64,000 nucleotides of DNA, taken from assembly GCA_963765495.1 (NCBI GenBank), contig CAVXWP010000001.1, positions 480,001-544,000 of the forward strand. Direction: 5' to 3'. Position 1 is the stretch's first letter, and each line of letters starts with the position of its first letter. Both the position numbers and the translations under genes were made by a program. This DNA is from Blastocatellia bacterium (GTDB lineage: Bacteria > Acidobacteriota > Blastocatellia > UBA7656). Positions 10,055-19,199 of the stretch are shown here, in pieces. The notes beneath the pieces were generated by a model. That model was not told the DNA's origin and searched no databases. It saw only the letters and a list, made by a program, of their open reading frames with translations.

Positions 10055-11251
10055 ATGATGGGGTCTCAAATCTCAAATCTCAAATCTCAAATCGGCTTTG
10101 ATCGAGCGTTAGCCGCTGCGCGTGAGGGCGAAATCACTCGCGAGATAGCCCTCACGCTTATAAGCGCGAGCGATGAAGAGAGGCTCGCCTCACTCACTCG
10201 CGCAGCCGCCGAGGTGCGAGATCATCTAAAAGGGCGGGTGATCAGCTTCTCAAAGAAAGTCTTCATACCGCTTACAAATCTGTGCCGTGACTATTGCGGC
10301 TATTGCACGTTTCGCAAGGACCCCGGGGATGCCGGCGCGCACACGATGACGCCCGACGAAGTGCTTGAGGTGGCCGAAGCGGGCGCGCGTCTCGGTTGCA
10401 AAGAAGCGCTCTTTAGTCTGGGCGACAGACCCGAAGCTCTCTTTCCCGAGATGCGCGAAACGCTTCGGCGACTCGGGCATCGCACTACGCTTTCATATCT
10501 GGCCGAGATGTGCGAGCGCGTATTGAATGAAACCGGATTGCTGCCGCACGCAAACCCCGGACTTTTGGGGCGACGCGATCTGGAATCGCTCAGACGCTCA
10601 AACCCGAGCGCGGGCCTTATGCTTGAAAACGTAAGCGAGCGCCTTACGCTTGCGGGGATGCCGCACGACAACGCACCCGATAAACGCCCCGCGCTCCGGC
10701 TTCGCACGATTGAAGAGGCGGGAAGATTGCGCGTGCCCTTTACCACGGGGATATTGATCGGTATAGGCGAGACGCTCGCCGAGCGGGTCGATTCGCTGTT
10801 TGCCGTTCTGGAATTGAATCGGCGCTATGGTCACATTCAGGAAGTGATCATTCAGAATTTTCGCGCAAAGCCGCTTATACCCATGCGCCATCATCCTGAA
10901 CCCGGCCTCGACGATCTCGCCCGTACAATAGCCGTAGCGCGGTTGATACTTCGAGATATGAACGTACAGGCTCCGCCCAATCTGTCGGATGATAATTACC
11001 CTTCGCTGATCGAGGCCGGATTGAATGACTGGGGCGGAATCTCTCCGCTCACGCCCGATCACATAAACCCCGAAAAACCCTGGCCGCACATCGAAGCCCT
11101 GCGCGATCACACCCGCGCGGCGGGCTACGAGTTGCGAGAGCGATTGAATATCTATCCCGAGTTTGTCTTTCGAGACGAGTTTCTCGATCCGAAGCTGGCG
11201 ACGCGCGTGCGCTCAATGGCAGACAAATCGGGTTATGCGAAAGTAAGTTAA
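10055..11251 (+). CDS. cofG: Fo synthase subunit CofG
   Basis: SKKVFIPLTNLCRDYCGYCTF, GCKEALFSLGDRPE, PHANPG, QAPPNL, NDWGGISP. Start placed at ATG 10055 (10058 is possible). Confidence 0.93.
   Translation: MMGSQISNLKSQIGFDRALAAAREGEITREIALTLISASDEERLASLTRAAAEVRDHLKGRVISFSKKVFIPLTNLCRDYCGYCTFRKDPGDAGAHTMTPDEVLEVAEAGARLGCKEALFSLGDRPEALFPEMRETLRRLGHRTTLSYLAEMCERVLNETGLLPHANPGLLGRRDLESLRRSNPSAGLMLENVSERLTLAGMPHDNAPDKRPALRLRTIEEAGRLRVPFTTGILIGIGETLAERVDSLFAVLELNRRYGHIQEVIIQNFRAKPLIPMRHHPEPGLDDLARTIAVARLILRDMNVQAPPNLSDDNYPSLIEAGLNDWGGISPLTPDHINPEKPWPHIEALRDHTRAAGYELRERLNIYPEFVFRDEFLDPKLATRVRSMADKSGYAKVS
10064..10093 (+). repeat. Heptamer tandem repeat (TCTCAAA)x4 inside the 5' end of cofG
   Basis: TCTCAAA x4 read directly; encodes SQISNLKSQI. 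Confidence 0.85.
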
Positions 11252-11303
11252 TCTCGTCAGGCAATTTTGTATTGCCTGCAAGACTTGTGAAAGGAGAGCA
11301 ATT

Positions 11304-11726
11304 ATGAAAGAACTTTCTACAAGCTTAAAAGAGTTTATCGAGAATCAAGAACTGATGCGAATCGCCTATACAGACAGCAAAGGGTTTCCGCGCGTCGTGC
11401 CTGTCTGGTATGTAGTGCTTGAAGACAATTACTACGTCGGCACATACAAGTCGAGCGCAAAGTGGAAAGCGATTGAGCAAGACTCGCGCATGGGCTGGGT
11501 CATAGATGGTGGGGAGGACTACAAATATAAAGGCGTTTCCAGGTACGGACACGCGGAAGAAGTGACTGATGCCGACCAGCGTGCTACCGTATACAACGCG
11601 CTGGGTGTAAAATATTTTGGCTCGACGGATGACCCAAATTTTCTTGAGATATACGGCCAGGTCGATAACCAGGATACGCTTTACATGCGGCTCAAGGAAG
11701 ATGGCGGCAATTCGTGGGAATATTGA
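11304..11726 (+). CDS. Pyridoxamine 5'-phosphate oxidase-like (split beta-barrel) protein
   Basis: MRIAYTDSKGFPRVVPVWY...SAKWKAIEQDSR...GVSRYG; AAAGGAG RBS. Confidence 0.75.
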   Translation: MKELSTSLKEFIENQELMRIAYTDSKGFPRVVPVWYVVLEDNYYVGTYKSSAKWKAIEQDSRMGWVIDGGEDYKYKGVSRYGHAEEVTDADQRATVYNALGVKYFGSTDDPNFLEIYGQVDNQDTLYMRLKEDGGNSWEY

Positions 11727-11734
11727 GAAAAGTC

Positions 11735-12934
11735 ATGGCGCAATCAATGAATGAATCCTGCGAGGGTGAATCGGGCGGACCCTCCATCAGTTTATCCGCG
11801 ATTGATCCTCGGATAGCTGACATACTCGACCGGGCGCTTGAGGGGGGCGAGCTAGACTTCGAAGACGGAGTGGCGCTCGCCCAATCAAGCGGGCCGGAAT
11901 TAGAGGCGCTCATACAAGCGGCCGACCATATCAGGCGCGAGCGCGTGGGCGATTGTATTACCTATGTCGTCAATCGCAATATCAACTTCACAAATATCTG
12001 CTTTGTAGGTTGCCGCTTCTGCGCCTTCAGCCGCGCGCCTCGTGAAAAGGATGCTTATTTTCACTCTTTCGAAGAGATCGGACGGCGATCACAGGAGGCC
12101 TGGGAACGCGGCGCGCGCGAGGTCTGCGTGCAGGGAGGGCTGCCTCGCGGGCTTGATCCTTTTTATTACCGCGATCTTCTCCGCGTAATCAAAGAGGCCA
12201 CGCCCGATATGCACATCCACGCATTTTCGCCTATGGAAATAGTCTACGGCGTAGAGTTGACCGGGATGAAGCTGGCCGATTATCTGCTGATGCTAAAAGA
12301 GGCGGGGTTGGGAACGCTCCCCGGCACCGCCGCTGAAATTCTGGATGATGATGTGCGCCATAATATCGAGCGCATAAAGCTGAAAGTTTCCGAATGGGTC
12401 GAAGTCATTCGTACCGCGCATGGCCTCGGCATCCCTACCACCTCAACGATGATGTACGGCCACACGGAGACACCCACACACTGGGTTCGGCATCTTTTGC
12501 TGTTGCGCGATATTCAAAAAGAGACGGGCGGTTTTACGGAATTTGTGCCGCTCGGATTCGTACACGAATTCACTCAGTTGTATAAATCCGGCGATGCGCG
12601 GCCCGGGCCTACGACCGAAGAGCATCTGAAGGTACACGCGCTTGCGCGATTGATGTTGAACGGATGGATAGACAACATACAGGTCTCGTGGGTGAAGCTC
12701 TCGCGCCAGATGGCGCAGGACTGTTTTCGCGCCGGAGCAAATGATTACGGCGGAACCTTGATGAACGAAAACATATCGAGGCTCGCGGGCGCAACCGCCG
12801 GAGAGTATCTGTCGCCTGAGGATTTTCACGAGCGCATACGCGAGCTTGGCCGTATCCCCGCCGAACGTACCACTACTTACAAAATAGTAAACATCTACGA
12901 CAACATCGCCGCGGACGCAAAGGCACAACAGTAA
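11735..12934 (+). CDS. cofH: Fo synthase subunit CofH
   Basis: VVNRNINFTNICFVGCRFCAF, HAFSPME, PGTAAEIL, TSTMMYGH, GGFTEFVPL, NIQVSWVK, GANDYGGTLMNENISR. Confidence 0.93.
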   Translation: MAQSMNESCEGESGGPSISLSAIDPRIADILDRALEGGELDFEDGVALAQSSGPELEALIQAADHIRRERVGDCITYVVNRNINFTNICFVGCRFCAFSRAPREKDAYFHSFEEIGRRSQEAWERGAREVCVQGGLPRGLDPFYYRDLLRVIKEATPDMHIHAFSPMEIVYGVELTGMKLADYLLMLKEAGLGTLPGTAAEILDDDVRHNIERIKLKVSEWVEVIRTAHGLGIPTTSTMMYGHTETPTHWVRHLLLLRDIQKETGGFTEFVPLGFVHEFTQLYKSGDARPGPTTEEHLKVHALARLMLNGWIDNIQVSWVKLSRQMAQDCFRAGANDYGGTLMNENISRLAGATAGEYLSPEDFHERIRELGRIPAERTTTYKIVNIYDNIAADAKAQQ

Positions 12935-12955
12935 AAATAAATTAGAAGCGAGTAC

Positions 12956-13058
12956 AAATAGGCCGCGGGTGACACGGATGCGCCGGGTCTACGCGGATCT
13001 GATTTTACTGGGTTAATCCGCGTAAATCCGTCGCATCCGCGTCCGTCCCGACCTATTT
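12956..13058. repeat. MITE/REP-like element, family B
   Basis: AAATAGGCCGCGG...ATCCGCGTCCGTCCCGACCTATTT. Confidence 0.85.
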
Positions 13059-13235
13059 CAATTTCCCTGTTCTGTGTTTGAAGGAAAACCGAATAGCTCT
13101 CTCAGGTGTTTCTCCTTGATGTGAGACAGCCTTTTACGGCTGCCGCTACGAGTGATAGAATCACGCCGCAATCTAATTTCTCAGGTCAGGTAAAAAATCA
13201 ACAGTCGTCCTAACCGCCCGGTTGGAGCAGATTAA

Positions 13236-13829
13236 ATGTGGGATTCGCTTTCACAAATCAGCGCGCTTTCGGTCTTTCTCGTACTGGCGGCAATCGGATT
13301 TCTCTTTCTGCTGATCTCGTTTCTGTTTGGAGAGATTCTCGGATTTCTGGAATTCGAGCACGAGTTCGAGCACGAGTTTGGCGATGAGGGGCCGAGCTTT
13401 TTCAGCCTGCGAGTCATAGCGGTTTTCGTGACCGCTTTTGGCGGCATCGGAGCCATAGGGATTTATCGTGGTTACAGCACTCTTATAAGCTCGATGTTTG
13501 GCCTCGCCAGTGGAGTGGTGACGGGCGCTGTGGTCTATTTCTTTGCGAGACTCCTTTACTCGCAGCAAGCCTCGAGCATGGTGGATGCTTCCGACCTCAT
13601 AGGTGTGACCGCTCAGGTGATCGTCAGAATCCCGTCCGAAGGGTTCGGGCAGGTGCGCTGCGTCGTAGGCGAATCCATGATCGACAAGCTCGCCCGGTCA
13701 CGCGGGGGCGTAGAGATTCCGAATAACTCTACTGTGAGAATCGAAGAGATTGCGGGCGAAAGCGTCATAGTCAGCCCGTGCCCGGCAGAGGGCGAAGGCA
13801 AAGGGTTATTTCTTTTCACAAATGATTGA
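13236..13829 (+). CDS. NfeD-like membrane protein (flotillin partner)
   Basis: TM helices, a short His/acidic loop (EFEHEFEHEF), and a C-terminal OB-like part (LIGVTAQVIVRIP...GQV); directly upstream of flotillin. Confidence 0.8.
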   Translation: MWDSLSQISALSVFLVLAAIGFLFLLISFLFGEILGFLEFEHEFEHEFGDEGPSFFSLRVIAVFVTAFGGIGAIGIYRGYSTLISSMFGLASGVVTGAVVYFFARLLYSQQASSMVDASDLIGVTAQVIVRIPSEGFGQVRCVVGESMIDKLARSRGGVEIPNNSTVRIEEIAGESVIVSPCPAEGEGKGLFLFTND

Positions 13830-13850
13830 CAAGCACAGGAGGTTACGAAA

Positions 13851-15404
13851 ATGCTTCTCCAGGACCCGACCATTTTGATCATTATTGCAGTAGTAGTTTT
13901 TGCCCTTTTGCTGGCGCTTTCGGTCATCAGCAAGAACTATATCAAGGTTCCGCCAAACGAGGCGGCCGTATTTTCCGGGCGCAAACGAAAGCTCGCCGAC
14001 GGTCGCATAGTCGGCTATCGCCTGATAAAAGGCGGCGCGGCGCTTCGCATCCCGCTTCTTGAGAAGGTTGATTATCTCTCTTTGAATGTGATGACGCTGC
14101 CGCTCGAAATCCGCCGCGCCTACACGCTCAGAGGCGTTCCGGTCTCTGTAAAGGCGGTCGCAAACGTCAAGATCAAAGGCGACGATATATCTCTGCAAGC
14201 CGCCTCCGAGCGCTTCCTGGGGATGTCGCCCGCGCAGGTGCAACAGGTCATATTTCAAACGCTCGAAGGCCACCTGCGCGCCATACTCGGCACCCTGACC
14301 GTGGAAGAGATAAACAATGACCGGCAGAGTTTCGCTCAGAAACTCACAAGCGAAGCGGCCTCGGATCTCGAACGCATGGGCATAGGCGTAGATGTTTTAA
14401 CCATACAGGAGATCAGCGATGAAGAAGGCTACCTCGACGCTCTCGGCAAGAGCCGAACTGCCGAGGTCAAACGCGATGCCCAGATAGGCGAGGCCGAAGC
14501 CCTGCGCGATTCGAAGATACAGGCTTCGCTTGCGATGCAGGAAGGAGAGAAGGTCAAGCTCGACACCGAGGCTAACATTTCGCTTGCGCAGCGCGATCTG
14601 GAAGTAAAGAAGGCGCAGTATCAGGCCGAGATCGAAAAAGAGCGATCCACAGCCGATCAGTCGGGGCCGCTCTCATCGGCCAAGGCTCGCCAACTGGTCG
14701 TGGCCGAAGAGGTGCGGATTGAAAAGATTCGCACGCAGGAACAGATATCGGTTCAGGAACAAGAGATTCTCAGACGCGAAAAAGAGCTTGAGGCCACAAT
14801 AGTGAAACCTGCGGAATCGGCGCGAACGGCAGCCGTCCTGAAGGCCGAAGCTACAAAGCAGTCTTCCATCCTCGAAGCCGAAGGCAAGCGCGCATCGCTT
14901 ATCGCTATAGCCGAAGCCGAACAGGAAAGGCTCAAGAAAGAAGGTGCGGGCCGTGCCGCCGCTATCGAATCGGAAGGTAGAGCCGAGGCGGCAAAGATCG
15001 AAGCCATAGGTCTGGCTCAGGCGAAAGCCATCGAGGCGCAAGGTCTGGCCGAAGCGACTGCCATCTTCAAAAAGGCCGAGGCGTGGAAGCAATTCAACGA
15101 GGCCGCGCGTCTCCAGACTATTCTTGAAAAATTGCCTTCGATCATCGAAGCGTCGGCCCCGGTATTTGGCGCGGTCGCCTCTCCGCTCGGCAACATCGAC
15201 AAGGTGGTCGTGATCGAACAGGGCAACGGGAACGGGCAGGGCGGCGTGAATAAATTTGCCGCCACGGCGCCATCGGTAATCTTCGGGCTGTTACAGCAAC
15301 TCGAAGCGCTTGGCCTGAACGTGCCCAATCTGCTTGCGCAACTTGGGGTCGAGAATAAAAAAGAGATTGTTCCAAACACCCCCGTCGAAAGGATTGATTC
15401 CTGA
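13851..15404 (+). CDS. Flotillin (SPFH domain protein)
   Basis: N-terminal TM, KVPPNEAAVFSG, TLEGHLRAILG, YLDALG, AEVKRDA, EA-rich coiled coil. Confidence 0.93.
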   Translation: MLLQDPTILIIIAVVVFALLLALSVISKNYIKVPPNEAAVFSGRKRKLADGRIVGYRLIKGGAALRIPLLEKVDYLSLNVMTLPLEIRRAYTLRGVPVSVKAVANVKIKGDDISLQAASERFLGMSPAQVQQVIFQTLEGHLRAILGTLTVEEINNDRQSFAQKLTSEAASDLERMGIGVDVLTIQEISDEEGYLDALGKSRTAEVKRDAQIGEAEALRDSKIQASLAMQEGEKVKLDTEANISLAQRDLEVKKAQYQAEIEKERSTADQSGPLSSAKARQLVVAEEVRIEKIRTQEQISVQEQEILRREKELEATIVKPAESARTAAVLKAEATKQSSILEAEGKRASLIAIAEAEQERLKKEGAGRAAAIESEGRAEAAKIEAIGLAQAKAIEAQGLAEATAIFKKAEAWKQFNEAARLQTILEKLPSIIEASAPVFGAVASPLGNIDKVVVIEQGNGNGQGGVNKFAATAPSVIFGLLQQLEALGLNVPNLLAQLGVENKKEIVPNTPVERIDS

Positions 15405-15416
15405 AAAGGCAGATCG

Positions 15417-15520
15417 AAATAGGCCACGGATAACACGGATCGGACGGATTTTCACGGATTAGCTCAAACAGGGTCAGATCCGCGAAAATCCGCCGCATCC
15501 GCGTCCGTCCCGGCCTATTT
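15417..15520. repeat. MITE/REP-like element, family B
   Basis: AAATAGGCCACGGATAACACGGAT...ATCCGCGTCCGTCCCGGCCTATTT. Confidence 0.88.
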
Positions 15521-15570
15521 ATATTTCCCTTACTTTGGAGGTTCGTTTGTACGATCCTGTGCTTTTTAAT

Positions 15571-16230
15571 TCAGGGCGCTTCCTGCCGACGCCTGCGAAA
15601 ACGGCGGACCTTGGCCAGATTACCGCAATCCTTCATGTCGCACCAATGGCGACTCTTGTTGCGGCTCGTATCCAGAAATAACCACCCGCAGTTCTCCCCT
15701 CCGCATTGCCGCACTCGGGCGAGGTCGCCCGAGGTCAATAAATCTGCGGCTGATCGCGCTACGGGCCAGAGCATTTTATCAAGCGCCGCGCTCGTTTCGC
15801 GCCACGCCCAGTTGAACGCGCCCGCTGAGTAAACAAGCGTCTCGTGGCCTTTTGCTATCGCCAACTCTTCGTTTAATTTCTCAAGGTCTGCCCCTTCCGG
15901 CGGCCACCCCTCCGCTACCGATTTGAATATCCTGTATATCGCTTCCCTGAGCGCTCTGCCTCTCACAAGAACGGCTTCCGCTGCCTCCGGCCGCTCTTCG
16001 GCCAGCTTTAGCAGTCTGCGCGCTTCGGTCTCTGTTGCCAGTCCCACATCCCTCGACCACGCTGCCAGATCGGCGTAACCATTGATCTTCTCTCCATCCG
16101 CCCGGTACCCCGCATCCCGCAGAGCCTTCCGCGTCTTTACCTGATCTCTCCCTCCAACCGTGTTCGTAAAATCAAGGCTCAACGCCCCACCAATCAGCTT
16201 GAAGCTTTTTGCCGGTAACTCAAGCCCCAT
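15571..16230 (-). CDS. ABATE domain / CGNR zinc-finger putative transcriptional regulator
   Basis: LSLDFTNT; RQCGGENCGWLFLDTSRNKSRHWCDMKDCGNLAKVRRFR. Start set at ATG 16230 with a GGAGG RBS. Confidence 0.9.
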   Translation of the reverse strand: MGLELPAKSFKLIGGALSLDFTNTVGGRDQVKTRKALRDAGYRADGEKINGYADLAAWSRDVGLATETEARRLLKLAEERPEAAEAVLVRGRALREAIYRIFKSVAEGWPPEGADLEKLNEELAIAKGHETLVYSAGAFNWAWRETSAALDKMLWPVARSAADLLTSGDLARVRQCGGENCGWLFLDTSRNKSRHWCDMKDCGNLAKVRRFRRRRQEAP

Positions 16231-16267
16231 TCGAATACCTCCCTTCCAGGTCTCTAAAAAATTCCTC

Positions 16268-16344
16268 GTAACCTGCAACTTGTATTTGACAGGTTACGTA
16301 TCGAGGAATATGATGTAACTGCTTTAGATAGTTTAACTGGTTAC
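16268..16344. promoter_or_regulatory. Two GTAACY-N18-GGTTAC palindromes overlapping a sigma-70 promoter for dinB
   Basis: GTAACC(16268)-N18-GGTTAC(16297) and GTAACT(16315)-N18-GGTTAC(16344); TTGACA 16286-16291, 17 bp, TATGAT 16309-16314. Confidence 0.75.
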
Positions 16345-16396
16345 GTCGATCATTTCCACTGACGGCACAGGAGTCAGTATAGCGAAGGGAGAGAGA

Positions 16397-16864
16397 ATGG
16401 GCATGGAGAATGAAAAGCTTGTAGATGAATTAAGAAGGATTCATGACGGTGATGCGTGGCACGGACCGGCCTTACGCGAATTGCTTTCCGGCCTGACGCC
16501 TGAGCAGGCGAATGCAAGGCCAATCGAGGGCGGGCACAACATCTGGGAACTCGTCCTGCACATTCGGGGTTGGGAAAACGTCTTTTTAAGCCGCATCAAA
16601 GGCGATAATGTCAGTGAGCCGCCGGAAGGCGATTTCCCAGACATAGAGCAAGCGACTCAAAAGGCCTGGGATGAAGCCCTATCGGGGCTGGACGAGACTC
16701 ACGCAAAGTTGATCAGCGTGGTGGAAAATCTGGATGATAGGGCGCTTGAGGAGAGAGTCGCGGGCTATGAATATACGGTGCGTTTTCTGCTCGACGGCGT
16801 CACTCGCCATCACGTCTATCATACGGGGCAAATCGCGCTGCTAAGGAAAGCCTTTGTCAGGTGA
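16397..16864 (+). CDS. DinB family protein
   Basis: AWHGP, HNIWELVLHI, HHVYHTGQIALL metal-binding His pattern. Confidence 0.9.
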   Translation: MGMENEKLVDELRRIHDGDAWHGPALRELLSGLTPEQANARPIEGGHNIWELVLHIRGWENVFLSRIKGDNVSEPPEGDFPDIEQATQKAWDEALSGLDETHAKLISVVENLDDRALEERVAGYEYTVRFLLDGVTRHHVYHTGQIALLRKAFVR

Positions 16865-16876
16865 ATCGGATTTTTT

Positions 16877-16947
16877 GACAGGATTAGCAAGATTTTTAAG
16901 GATTAGCAGAACTCTCTTTTAATCTGTTGAATCTCGTTAATCCTGTC
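16877..16947. repeat. REP-like palindrome, family A
   Basis: GACAGGATTAG...TAATCCTGTC between convergent genes. Confidence 0.8.
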
Positions 16948-16956
16948 TGAGTCTTT

Positions 16957-17883
16957 TCAGGTTTGAGGAGCGATCTCTCGAAGGTCTTTCAGAATATCGG
17001 CCGGTTTCCAGTCATTGCCGCGATAAACTTTCAGCACTTTTCCGTCAGGTGTAATGACTGCCGTGCGCAACCCGTGGATGATCTGAGCGCCCTCGGCCCA
17101 GTAATTCAAGCCGAAATACTCGGCCACTTTTTTCACCTGTTCGGCAGTTCCCGTAGCGAATTCCCAGTGCTTGAAATCATCCGGGCTGTCTGTGCCCATA
17201 GAAGCCTGCCCGTAGCCGCGCAGCACCTTCGGCGTATCATATTCGGGATCAACCGTGATGCTGAGCAATTGCGTCTTTTTATAAAGCTCGGCGTTGTCTT
17301 TTAGCGCCTTCTCTATTTCGGCAAACTGCCGCGTCATCAGAGGGCAGTAATCCGGCAACGGGCAGCGCGTATAGATAAAGGTCAGCGCCAGCGCCCGCCC
17401 GCGATAGTTGTGAAGGCTCGTAGGTTTTCCGTCCTGATTGACGAGCGCGAAATCTGGAACCTCTTCGCCCGGCGAAGGCCCTACGCGGCTTTCGGGCTTA
17501 TCGACATAGGCAGGATCGGGGGTCTCGCGAGTAATGACCAGGTCTTCAAGCCACGAACGGTCATCTGCGACTACCAGAGTAGCCTGCACGCGGTCGCCCG
17601 GCTGCAAGTCGTTAAAGGCCCATTCATCTTTCAAAGTGAAGGGCATCGTCATGGCCTCCATATACCCCGGTATGGCTTCGTGAGAGATGATTACCTGATG
17701 GCCTCTTTCGTCTACCGAGACGACTTTGCCTGTGAAATCGTAACGCTTGCCTTCGGGCGCGCGGTGATTCCGGCATCCTGACAGCCCCGCAAACAATATA
17801 ATTACAACCAGCATCAGACCTGAAAATTTGTTAATGCGAGATGCTTTTAAGATCGTGTGAGAAGCTCTGTTCATAAAGATCAA
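16957..17883 (-). CDS. SCO family lipoprotein with N-terminal CusF-like copper-binding domain
   Basis: Lipobox LSGC; HEAIPGYMEAMTMPF (CusF-like); FIYTRCPLPDYCP; ITVDPEYDTP; IIHGLRT. Confidence 0.88.
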   Translation of the reverse strand: MIFMNRASHTILKASRINKFSGLMLVVIILFAGLSGCRNHRAPEGKRYDFTGKVVSVDERGHQVIISHEAIPGYMEAMTMPFTLKDEWAFNDLQPGDRVQATLVVADDRSWLEDLVITRETPDPAYVDKPESRVGPSPGEEVPDFALVNQDGKPTSLHNYRGRALALTFIYTRCPLPDYCPLMTRQFAEIEKALKDNAELYKKTQLLSITVDPEYDTPKVLRGYGQASMGTDSPDDFKHWEFATGTAEQVKKVAEYFGLNYWAEGAQIIHGLRTAVITPDGKVLKVYRGNDWKPADILKDLREIAPQT

Positions 17884-18039
17884 TTCTCTTCTATTGAAGG
17901 CCGAAGAACAACCTCAACCATCAGCTTACAGACGAACCGTAAGAGACCATACAATCAAGCCCGACCTGTCAGGACGCTGGACGGGTCGCTTGACTGCGTG
18001 CCCGGTTCTATTATTTCATTAAAGGCCAGGGAGATTATC

Positions 18040-18540
18040 ATGCATAAGAAATCGCTCTCAATCATTTTAGCCGCTGTCGCAATCCTGTTGTTTGGCGGTC
18101 TATCTTTTGCGCCGAGAGCCACAGCCCAGAACGAACACACTCTGGTGGGCGAATGGATAGTCACATCCACCCCTATAAACGGCGAGACGACTTCCCGTCA
18201 GGGCAACACGCTCGGGTTTCCTGAACGAGACATGTTTTTTGAGCAGAACGGCGATATACGCACGGGTGTGGTAGATCGTGAAGATGCCGGAACCAATGTC
18301 AAACCGCTCGGAGTATGGCGCGTAGACGGCGACAGGTTAAGCGCGACGTTTCAACTCTGGTGCCCCGATGCCAACGGGCCCTGCGGCTCAATAGTGATGC
18401 GGGGAAAGTTCACCGATGATGACCACATCAGAGGCACTATGGCTGCTTTCTTCGATGTGCCGGACGATTTCTTTCCTACGGGCTACGATACGTGGACGTT
18501 CTCATTCAGAGGCGAGCGAGTGCAGAAGGGAGGAAACTGA
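18040..18540 (+). CDS. Secreted hypothetical protein (paralog 1)
   Basis: ATG 18040 after AGGGAG; signal peptide; similar to the next ORF. Confidence 0.75.
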   Translation: MHKKSLSIILAAVAILLFGGLSFAPRATAQNEHTLVGEWIVTSTPINGETTSRQGNTLGFPERDMFFEQNGDIRTGVVDREDAGTNVKPLGVWRVDGDRLSATFQLWCPDANGPCGSIVMRGKFTDDDHIRGTMAAFFDVPDDFFPTGYDTWTFSFRGERVQKGGN

Positions 18541-19028
18541 TGGCAAATAGAGTTCGAATTACCAACAGATGGGCGGCTGCGCTTCTGGCGATCTGTCTCT
18601 TTCTGGCCGTGGCAACTCCTCAGACATTTGCAGGCGGCAAGGCGCTCGACGGGCGGTGGAGCGTGACCATCAAGATACCGGAATCTCCATTCAGCACTAC
18701 CAAACAGGAGCTTACCCTCACCTGGGTTGTGAGCCCTCGCGAGGCCAACAGCCTGCACGGGCGACTTCTTATCACCGACGCGGAAAATCGCACCGTGGGC
18801 GGCGTGTGGCGGCAGGTGGGCAAGAAGGTCTCTATAGCATTTGAGCTTCCCTGCACGGAAGGGGACACGTGCGCCTCGCTCATACTTCTCGGAAAGATCA
18901 AGGCGGAGAATACAAAACTCAAGAAGGGCAAGGTCATCGTCATGTGGGACACTCCCAATGATCAGGACCATACTTTCTATGATACATCTAAGGGTACTTT
19001 CACGGGCGACCGATTGCCCGACGAGTAG
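18540..19028 (+). CDS. Secreted hypothetical protein (paralog 2)
   Basis: TGATG overlap with paralog 1; GGAGG RBS; signal peptide. Confidence 0.75.
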   Translation: MANRVRITNRWAAALLAICLFLAVATPQTFAGGKALDGRWSVTIKIPESPFSTTKQELTLTWVVSPREANSLHGRLLITDAENRTVGGVWRQVGKKVSIAFELPCTEGDTCASLILLGKIKAENTKLKKGKVIVMWDTPNDQDHTFYDTSKGTFTGDRLPDE

Positions 19029-19132
19029 TCTTCAATCAATTCCAGGCAATTTCTGATGAAATCTTATTAATCCTCTACACGTCCTTGTCGCGCTTTATGC
19101 GCCGACGGTGCCATCCTTTCTTTGATACTCGA

Positions 19133-19159
19133 GTGTTACATTTTCGAAAAATGTGCTAC
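19133..19159 (+). promoter_or_regulatory. Putative NikR operator GTGTTAC-N13-GTGCTAC
   Basis: Lies 40 bp upstream of the nikR ATG, with an AT-rich near-palindromic spacer. Confidence 0.75.
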
Positions 19160-19199
19160 AGTAATTTTCGCGCAACGGGATTCCAGAAAGGAGTTTTTG

